A stretch of DNA of 13,074 bases from Candidatus Rifleibacteriota bacterium (GTDB taxonomy: Bacteria; Muiribacteriota; Ozemobacteria; Ozemobacterales; Ozemobacteraceae). Under the pieces are notes generated by a model. That model was given only the letters and a program-made list of their open reading frames with translations. It was not told the DNA's origin and ran no database searches. The stretch covers positions 1 to 13,074 of the forward strand of contig JBNJGH010000093.1 in the NCBI GenBank assembly GCA_051747585.1. The letters run 5' to 3'. The stretch's first letter is position 1. Every line of letters begins with the position of its first letter. Made by a program: the position numbers and the translations under genes. Shown one piece after another: positions 7,143 through 13,074 of the stretch.

Positions 7143-8531
7143 TTAATTTCTGCTTAAAAAATATCTGCCGATCAGGACTTTTAATATCCAGATTACTATC
7201 AATAAAATTACTATTGCTATAATGCCAAAAACAATGTTTGCAATCAAGCCCTGATTTGAAGCCCAGAAAATTGCATCAAGCTTTTTAGGAATATTGGGAT
7301 CATTGTGCCTGTAGTGCAAAACTTTGCGAAAATTTTCTTCTGCCTTGATATATTCACCCTTGGCAAAAGCTCTTTCGCCAAAGTAATAAAGAGCATTGAC
7401 CATAAGTTCTGTTGCCTGGGAATTATTGGGTTGCAGATAAAGAATTCGTTTTATTTTTGGAACAGCTTCTTCCCAATTGTCTTTCAGTGCAAGTCTTTTT
7501 ACTTCACGTAGTAAGATCGTCGCCTGACCGGGTAAGAAAAATTGTATGCGGTCATTACCCTGGTCACTGACCACAAGCGTGTCTTTATTGTTTAGGGCCA
7601 GGCCACGAGGATCAATTAAATTACCTGGAGCCGAACCTTTGCTGATACTGTAGTTCTTGTAATATTGTCCGTCTCTGGTAATTTCTACAATTCTATGGTT
7701 GAGAGTGTCTGATATAAGAAAATGTCCGTCAGGCCCATTTATTGTATAAGATGGGTTATGAAGCATGCCTCTGCCACTGCCCTCTATGCCGTATCGCCAA
7801 TCTAGTTTGGCTTCTTCGATATTCCAGCAGACGACTTGGTTAAACAAAGGGTAAGTTACCAGCAGTCGATTTTCATTAGTCCATTGAACTCCACGGGGTG
7901 CAATTGCTTTGAAACCTTTTTTCGTTTTTTTATTGTATACAATCTCATTAATACAGATTCCATCCTCATCAATCAGCTGAACTCGGCGGTTTCGCCATTC
8001 TGCAACAGCTATAAGGCCCTCTGAGTTAATATCTATATCCATTGGGGAATTAAACTCTCCCTGTTTGCTGCCTCTTTTGCCGAGGGTGCCAATCAACTTT
8101 CCGCTTTCGAAGTCTATAATCAGTATCTTGTGGGTATCCTGACAGGAAACATATAATCTGCCTTCTTTATTCAACGCAAGACCGGTTGGTACTTCCATCA
8201 GCTGTTGCAGCTTGTTGAAGTTCTGACGGTCAGCTTCTAGTTTAGCAGGGTCATTGTTTTCGGCTGGATTTTTTAATTGGGGTATAAAGCGAATAAAATT
8301 TCCGTTTTTAGTTAAAACTTGAATTCTATTGTTCTTTTTATCTGCAACAACTATTCTGCCATCGGCGGTAATGAGAATATCTTCTGGCGAATTAAATTCT
8401 ACCGGGCCCTTGCCTTCAAACCCCCGAACTTTAAAAGATGCAAAATCAAGGGCATGGCTATTGGATGCAAAGACTGCAAAAATCAGAATAGAAAAAAATA
8501 TTTTGATTTTCAATATTTTTTTCGACTTCAA
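7143..8531 (-). CDS. NHL-repeat (6-bladed beta-propeller) + TPR protein with signal peptide and C-terminal TM anchor
   Basis: Signal peptide ending SHA|LD. NHL motifs '[23 protein letters not shown]', '[22 protein letters not shown]', '[25 protein letters not shown]'. TPR-like '[32 protein letters not shown]'. C-terminal hydrophobic helix. TTG start overlaps the upstream TGA; GAGGAG SD at 8545-8540. Confidence 0.88.
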   Translation of the reverse strand: MKSKKILKIKIFFSILIFAVFASNSHALDFASFKVRGFEGKGPVEFNSPEDILITADGRIVVADKKNNRIQVLTKNGNFIRFIPQLKNPAENNDPAKLEADRQNFNKLQQLMEVPTGLALNKEGRLYVSCQDTHKILIIDFESGKLIGTLGKRGSKQGEFNSPMDIDINSEGLIAVAEWRNRRVQLIDEDGICINEIVYNKKTKKGFKAIAPRGVQWTNENRLLVTYPLFNQVVCWNIEEAKLDWRYGIEGSGRGMLHNPSYTINGPDGHFLISDTLNHRIVEITRDGQYYKNYSISKGSAPGNLIDPRGLALNNKDTLVVSDQGNDRIQFFLPGQATILLREVKRLALKDNWEEAVPKIKRILYLQPNNSQATELMVNALYYFGERAFAKGEYIKAEENFRKVLHYRHNDPNIPKKLDAIFWASNQGLIANIVFGIIAIVILLIVIWILKVLIGRYFLSRN

Positions 8532-9802
8532 TTGTTAATCTCCTCGATGCGGTTAAAGGTTAAATATCTGTCTTTGCTTATACGTTCTTCGTTCTTCTTC
8601 CCATCTTCGGCGATAACAATTCTGTAGGTTTCTACAGAGTAGCCTTTAACACCCGGGTGAACAATTTTTACCTGACCCTCTTTAAGTTTCGAATTGTGGC
8701 GTTTTTTTGTTTTGTAAGGATGCTCTTCTATGTTGCGGGTTTCAATTTTTACAGTTTTGAAAGGGATTTCTTCACCGTAAACTGAAACAGTTACACTTCC
8801 CGGTCCACTTTGAGCAGAAAGCATAACAGGGATGTCAAAATTATTTGTAAAGCACAGATCTTTGTATCCCCAAGCTATGCCGGAGTCTAAGCCAATTTTG
8901 GCATAATCAATCCCCTCGTAAATTGAGTGATTATGTCGTCGGTCAATTCCAAGCCCGGCTTTTAAAACAGCCATGTATAAAGCAGTGCTTACCTGGCAGA
9001 TACCGCCGCCAAGGCCGGAAATCACACGCCCTCTCGAGATAACACCGGCTTTGCGAAAACCATACTTTTCGGTTCGGGGGCCAACTACTTTATTAAAACT
9101 GAATTTTTCTCCGGGTTGCAAAATAAGACCATCAATTTTTCTGGCAGCTATATCGAGGTTTACATTTCTGCCTTCATCATCGATATGACTTTCATGAAGA
9201 GTTGAATGAGATGCAATTTGTTTTTTTAAGCCCATTTTTTTTGCTCTTGCCAAAAAACTATCCTTTCCTGTGATTTTGCGAGTAAGTATGCCTATACTTA
9301 AAGTTGCAGCTTCCGGTTTTTCTTTTATGGCTTTTTCAAGAGCCAGAAGTGTTTTTTCTTTGTCAATTTCAAGACCGGGTCGGCCACGAATTATCTTTTG
9401 GAATTTCAATAATTTGCCAAGTTTGCTTGAAACCGGTTCGGTTGCATTCTCTGGAGCAGGCAATTTTTCTATTAAGCTTTTCGCCAGGTTTCCATTTGCA
9501 GTAATACTGACAATTTTCTCGTTTTCCTTTTTAACCGAATATAACGGAATATTTTTGTAGGAAATAAGATTTTTACCATTTTTAAAAACTACATCAACGT
9601 TCTTTTTAATTGGTTTTTTCTTATCGATGGAAGGGGTAGTCATTTTTATGCTTTTTGCATCTTTGCCTGTGGTATCCATTTGTTCCGGCTTAGTGTCGGT
9701 TGGAGGGATGTTTCGTTGAAAATGTCTTATCGCAAAAAATACAGAACTTAAAACCACTATAAGACCAATAATAATTCCTGTTGTTTTTATAAAACTCTTC
9801 AT
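8528..9802 (-). CDS. VanW-family protein with C-terminal G5 domain, N-terminal membrane anchor
   Basis: VanW motifs 'RNVNLDIAARKIDGLILQPGEKFSFNKVVGPRTEKYGF', 'GLGGGICQVSTALY', 'RRHNHS', 'DLCFTN'. G5-like C-terminus 'PYKTKKRHNSKLKEGQVKIVHPGVKGYSVETYR'. AGGAG SD at 9816-9812. Confidence 0.9.
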   Translation of the reverse strand: MKSFIKTTGIIIGLIVVLSSVFFAIRHFQRNIPPTDTKPEQMDTTGKDAKSIKMTTPSIDKKKPIKKNVDVVFKNGKNLISYKNIPLYSVKKENEKIVSITANGNLAKSLIEKLPAPENATEPVSSKLGKLLKFQKIIRGRPGLEIDKEKTLLALEKAIKEKPEAATLSIGILTRKITGKDSFLARAKKMGLKKQIASHSTLHESHIDDEGRNVNLDIAARKIDGLILQPGEKFSFNKVVGPRTEKYGFRKAGVISRGRVISGLGGGICQVSTALYMAVLKAGLGIDRRHNHSIYEGIDYAKIGLDSGIAWGYKDLCFTNNFDIPVMLSAQSGPGSVTVSVYGEEIPFKTVKIETRNIEEHPYKTKKRHNSKLKEGQVKIVHPGVKGYSVETYRIVIAEDGKKNEERISKDRYLTFNRIEEINN

Positions 9803-9818
9803 CTATAAAGGCTCCTGA

Positions 9819-10829
9819 CTATTCATTTTCAGCTTTGAGTGAACGGCTCATTAAATTTTCAGCCGCAACCTCAGGAGGGCATTCTTCAAATAAAACCCTA
9901 CATAATTCTTCGGTAATTGGGAGTTCAAGAGTTAGTTTTTTACCCCAGGCCGCTGCAGTTCTTGCTGTCTCAACGCCTTCTGTAACCATCTTCGTCGACT
10001 TATTTATCTCCTTAAAAGTTTTTCCTGAAGCAATTGCCTGCCCCAGTTTATGATTTCTGGATAATGGAGAAGAAGTTGTTGCCATAAGGTCACCCAGGCC
10101 AGCAAGGCCGTAAAAAGTCTGGGTTTCGCCACCAAGGATGGTTCCCAGTCTTACCAGTTCATGAAGACTACGGGTAAGAAAGGCTGCTTTGGCATTGTCA
10201 CCAAGATTCATTCCTTCAACAATACCCGCCCCAATGGCAAAAATATTTTTAAGGGTGCCCCCTAGTTCTACGCCTGTGCGGTCGTTTTGGCGATAAACTC
10301 TGAAATAATGATTAGAGAAAGCCTGCTGAAACAATTTTCCAAGGTCTGAATTGACTGTTGCCACAACAGAAGCACCGGGTTTTCGTTGTCCGACCTCATG
10401 TGCCAGATTGGGGCCAGATAAGCAGGCAACAATATCAGAAGAAGTGTCGGGTTCCACACCTATAACTTCACAAATAACCTGCGATAATCTTTTGCCGGTT
10501 TTCTGTTCAAAACCTTTGGCAACGTTTATTATTCCCTTCATCTTTTTTAACTTGTCGCTGTGGCTTTGAATTGTCGTGCGTAAATAGCCTGATGGAATCG
10601 CAGTTAAGGCAAAGTCTGAGCCATCTAAGGCTGCATCTATATCCTTATAAGCTATCAGTTGCTCGGATAATTCAAGGCTGGTAACAAAATAGGGGTTTCG
10701 CTTTTTATCGTTAATTGATTGTGCTACTTCAGGTTCTCTTGCCCAGATTTTTACTGAATGTCCGTTTTCACAAAGCAGGTCTGCCAGGGTGGTTCCCCAG
10801 GAGCCGGCACCAATTACCGTAAATTTCAT
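9819..10829 (-). CDS. gpsA: NAD(P)H-dependent glycerol-3-phosphate dehydrogenase
   Basis: 'VIGAGSWGTTLA' Rossmann motif, 'AKGFE', 'LSGPNLAHEV', 'GVELGGTLKNIFAIGAG', 'GDNAKAA', 'GLAGLGDLMAT..SPLSRN', 'EGV'. ATGA overlap with plsY. Confidence 0.98.
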   Translation of the reverse strand: MKFTVIGAGSWGTTLADLLCENGHSVKIWAREPEVAQSINDKKRNPYFVTSLELSEQLIAYKDIDAALDGSDFALTAIPSGYLRTTIQSHSDKLKKMKGIINVAKGFEQKTGKRLSQVICEVIGVEPDTSSDIVACLSGPNLAHEVGQRKPGASVVATVNSDLGKLFQQAFSNHYFRVYRQNDRTGVELGGTLKNIFAIGAGIVEGMNLGDNAKAAFLTRSLHELVRLGTILGGETQTFYGLAGLGDLMATTSSPLSRNHKLGQAIASGKTFKEINKSTKMVTEGVETARTAAAWGKKLTLELPITEELCRVLFEECPPEVAAENLMSRSLKAENE

Positions 10830-11488
10830 TCCGATTTCACCTCAGCTTTTACAGAGTCTGATTCATCAGTGGTTTGCGTTTTGGGTTGCTGACCAAGAGC
10901 CAATTCTTCGCCTTTGAGTATTCTTTTAATGTTGGCTTTATGCTTATAGACTACAAAAATGGCGACGAGGACCGAAAACCCGGTTAAATAAGGATAATAT
11001 TGACTTCCTCCCTCTCTGAAAAAATAAATAAGAAAAGGGAGAGAGGCAGCGGCAACAATAGAGCCCAAAGATACCATTCTGCTAACAAGTAAGATAAATA
11101 GAAATATCAGTAAAGCAGAAAGGGTTGCTTTGTGAGCCAGAGCCATAAATACGCCAAGTCCTGAAGCTACACCTTTGCCACCTTTGAATTTAACCCAGAA
11201 CGATAAGGTGTGTCCGGCAAGGGCAGACGCGCCTGCAACAAATAAAGCCAGAGGATTGCGCTGCAATACTTCTGCGGTAATTATAACTGCCATCATTCCT
11301 TTTAAAACATCAATTGCAAGAGTGAAAGCGAATGCGGTTCTGCCCAGAACTCTGTAAGCGTTGGTTGCACCCATGTTTTTGCTGCCATGTTCGAAAATAT
11401 TTATACGGTATATGAACAGGCCTATCCAGTAGGCAGTTGGAATTGAACCGCATAGATAACCGATTATTATTGCATGTACAAAATCCAT
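10826..11488 (-). CDS. plsY: Glycerol-3-phosphate 1-O-acyltransferase PlsY
   Basis: 'GYLCGSIP', 'HGSKNMGATNAYRVLG', 'DVLKG', 'GH...FKGGKGVASGLG', 'SRMVSLGSI', 'KHKANIKRI'. The start is most likely ATG 11488 (MDFVHA), 4 nt after the der stop, rather than the TTG at 11509. Confidence 0.97.
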   Translation of the reverse strand: MDFVHAIIIGYLCGSIPTAYWIGLFIYRINIFEHGSKNMGATNAYRVLGRTAFAFTLAIDVLKGMMAVIITAEVLQRNPLALFVAGASALAGHTLSFWVKFKGGKGVASGLGVFMALAHKATLSALLIFLFILLVSRMVSLGSIVAAASLPFLIYFFREGGSQYYPYLTGFSVLVAIFVVYKHKANIKRILKGEELALGQQPKTQTTDESDSVKAEVKSE

Positions 11489-11492
11489 AATA

Positions 11493-12821
11493 TTACTTTC
11501 TGACAACAAGTTTTATCGGCCAACCTTCGAAAACTTCTTCCTGCCTTATGTGGTTAAGAATATAGCGTTGATATGAAAAGTGAACCCCTTTGGGCTCTGA
11601 AGCTTTCAGCTTGAAAACAATTGGTGGCCCGGCGAATTGTAGTAGAGAATAAAGCTTCAATTCCTTGCCTCTACAGGTTGGAGGAGGCTGAATGGTTACC
11701 GCATCATAAAGAATGGTTTTTAAGCGTTCAGGCGGAATGGTTCTTCGTCCTGCCTTCTGCACCCTGTCTATGAGAGAGAACAATCGGTTTATTCGCATGC
11801 CGGTTTCTGCTGAAGTCGATAACATCGGAGCAAAAGCGAGTAAAGGAAATTCATTTCTGGTATGTTTTATAAGCTGGTTCCATTTTCTTTCGTCTGCTTC
11901 TGCAATATCCCATTTGTTCCAGACAATAATACAACCGGCACCACTGTCAATAACTCTTCCGGCTATGCGCTTGTCTTGATTAGTTATTTTGCCTTCAGAA
12001 GCATCAAGGACCAGAATTACAAGGTCAGTATTTTTTATCGCACCAAGGGTTCGGTATACGGAATACTTTTCTACGTCATCTTTGCTTCTGTCGGGGCGTC
12101 TTAGACCCGCGGTATCAATAAAGTTGTAAGTTTTGCCATTGTGAATAAAGCGCTTTAATATAGTATCTCTGGTGGTTCCGGGTACATTGTCGACAATAGA
12201 GCGGTCTTCACCGGTCAGTTTGTTAAAAATTGAAGATTTGCCTACATTTGGTTTTCCCACAATAGCAATTCTTTCAAGATTGGTATGCCGGCTTTTTTCT
12301 TTACCATCCCAGTTTTGCTCAAAATTTTCTACAACATCGTCAAGCAAATCTGCTGCTCCGTGCCCGTGTACCGCTGATACCTGGTATAACTTGTCTATTC
12401 CAAATTCGTAAAATTCTGCTAAAGCGGCTTCGTCATCAGGATTGTCAAGCTTATTGATACAAACAAATAAAGGCTGGCCTGACCATTTCCTTCTAAGTAA
12501 ATTTAAAATAGCCTTGTCATCTGGCACCAGCCCGGCTTTTCCATCGCAGACAAAAATGATCGCCTGAGCTTCTTTCAGCGCAAAATTTACCTGCGAAGTA
12601 ATTGCCTGCATAAGGGGCTTTGAATCATCCGGATCCAGACCACCGGTATCGACGACATTAAATTGTCTGCCATTCCAGACTCCTTCTGCATAGTTTCGAT
12701 CACGCGTAACACCGGGGGTGGGGTCGACAATTGCATGCCGATAGCCAACTATTCGATTCAGTAAAGATGACTTGCCTACGTTGGGGCGTCCAACTATTGC
12801 AATTGTCGGTAATGCGTTCAT
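11493..12821 (-). CDS. der: Ribosome biogenesis GTPase Der (EngA)
   Basis: Two tandem G-domains (GRPNVGKS/PGVTRDR/DTGG/NKLD and GKPNVGKS/PGTTRD/DTAG/NKWD) plus a KH-like C-terminus. GGAGG SD at 12832-12828. Confidence 0.99.
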   Translation of the reverse strand: MNALPTIAIVGRPNVGKSSLLNRIVGYRHAIVDPTPGVTRDRNYAEGVWNGRQFNVVDTGGLDPDDSKPLMQAITSQVNFALKEAQAIIFVCDGKAGLVPDDKAILNLLRRKWSGQPLFVCINKLDNPDDEAALAEFYEFGIDKLYQVSAVHGHGAADLLDDVVENFEQNWDGKEKSRHTNLERIAIVGKPNVGKSSIFNKLTGEDRSIVDNVPGTTRDTILKRFIHNGKTYNFIDTAGLRRPDRSKDDVEKYSVYRTLGAIKNTDLVILVLDASEGKITNQDKRIAGRVIDSGAGCIIVWNKWDIAEADERKWNQLIKHTRNEFPLLAFAPMLSTSAETGMRINRLFSLIDRVQKAGRRTIPPERLKTILYDAVTIQPPPTCRGKELKLYSLLQFAGPPIVFKLKASEPKGVHFSYQRYILNHIRQEEVFEGWPIKLVVRK

Positions 12822-12847
12822 GTCAAACCTCCAGATTTAGAATAGCA

Positions 12848-12876
12848 ATCTTAGCATTTTGATCAGCAAAAGTCAA
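12848..12876 (-). promoter_or_regulatory. Sigma70-type promoter of the der-plsY-gpsA-vanW-NHL-lepA operon
   Basis: Minus strand TTGACT (12876-12871)-N17-TAAGAT (12853-12848), with extended -10 TG (TGcTAAGAT). The predicted TSS is near 12841, about 20 nt before the der ATG. Confidence 0.75.
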
Positions 12877-12978
12877 TACTGATGCGGGTATTTAGCAATT
12901 CTCGGTCAGCGACTATCAACTTGTTTCAGGAATAAGGATACTCCTCACAGCAAGTCTCGAAGCCACAAAGAAAACAAC

Positions 12979-13005
12979 CACAGAGCGCACAGAGAACACA
13001 GAGAA
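12979..13005 (+). repeat. Tandem CACAGAG-NN repeat (3 copies, 9-bp period)
   Basis: CACAGAG at 12979-12985, 12988-12994 and 12997-13003. A degenerate CACAAAG sits at 12964-12970. Confidence 0.8.
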
Positions 13006-13013
13006 TCTTTTTC

Positions 13014-13063
13014 AGCCAGGATTTGTCCTGTGGACAAATAGCCGGCGGTTTCACCGCCTGGCT
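13014..13063. repeat. REP-like double-hairpin element (possible + strand terminator)
   Basis: Hairpin 1 is ATTTGTCC-TGT-GGACAAAT (13021-13039). Hairpin 2 is AGCC-GGCGGT-TTC-ACCGCC-(T)-GGCT (13040-13063), followed by a pyrimidine/T-rich tail. The outer AGCCAGG (13014-13020) is complementary to CCTGGCT (13057-13063). Confidence 0.6.
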
Positions 13064-13074
13064 TTTCCTTCTTC

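Noticed and set aside
9235..9242. T8 homopolymer in vanW as a phase-variation tract
   Set aside because: Short A/T runs are frequent in this AT-rich window and the frame is intact.
8528..9802. Vancomycin-resistance locus
   Set aside because: VanW domains are widespread outside van clusters, and no vanH/A/B/X/R/S genes are present.
11489..11509. plsY start at TTG 11509 overlapping der by 17 nt
   Set aside because: ATG 11488, just after the der stop, gives a typical PlsY N-terminus.
12979..13063. CRISPR array or tRNA at the right edge
   Set aside because: The repeats are 7 bp with 2-nt spacers, not 23-47-bp repeats with unique spacers, and there is no cloverleaf or T-loop motif.

Overview
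AT-rich bacterial chromosomal window with no phage, CRISPR, rRNA or tRNA features visible. The left part (+ strand) holds the end of a type IV (pseudo)pilin-like gene cluster: one 5'-truncated PilV/GspI-like gene and one complete prepilin with a KKA|FTLVE motif. Next comes a secreted acidic 294-aa unknown protein with a glycine-heptad helical hairpin, then a perfect 47-bp palindrome/terminator and a membrane-anchored TPR protein. A DUF3109-like Cys-cluster gene (-) and a membrane-anchored HEAT-repeat gene (+) diverge from a 95-bp spacer that has a sigma70-like and a sigma28-like promoter. The right 7.5 kb is one tightly packed minus-strand operon, der-plsY-gpsA-vanW/G5-NHL/TPR-lepA, behind a near-consensus sigma70 promoter. 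The right edge has CACAGAG 9-bp-period repeats and a REP-like double hairpin. The best candidate for an undescribed system is the pseudopilin / Gly-heptad secreted protein / TPR module. That reading is inference from sequence patterns only; no database search was possible.
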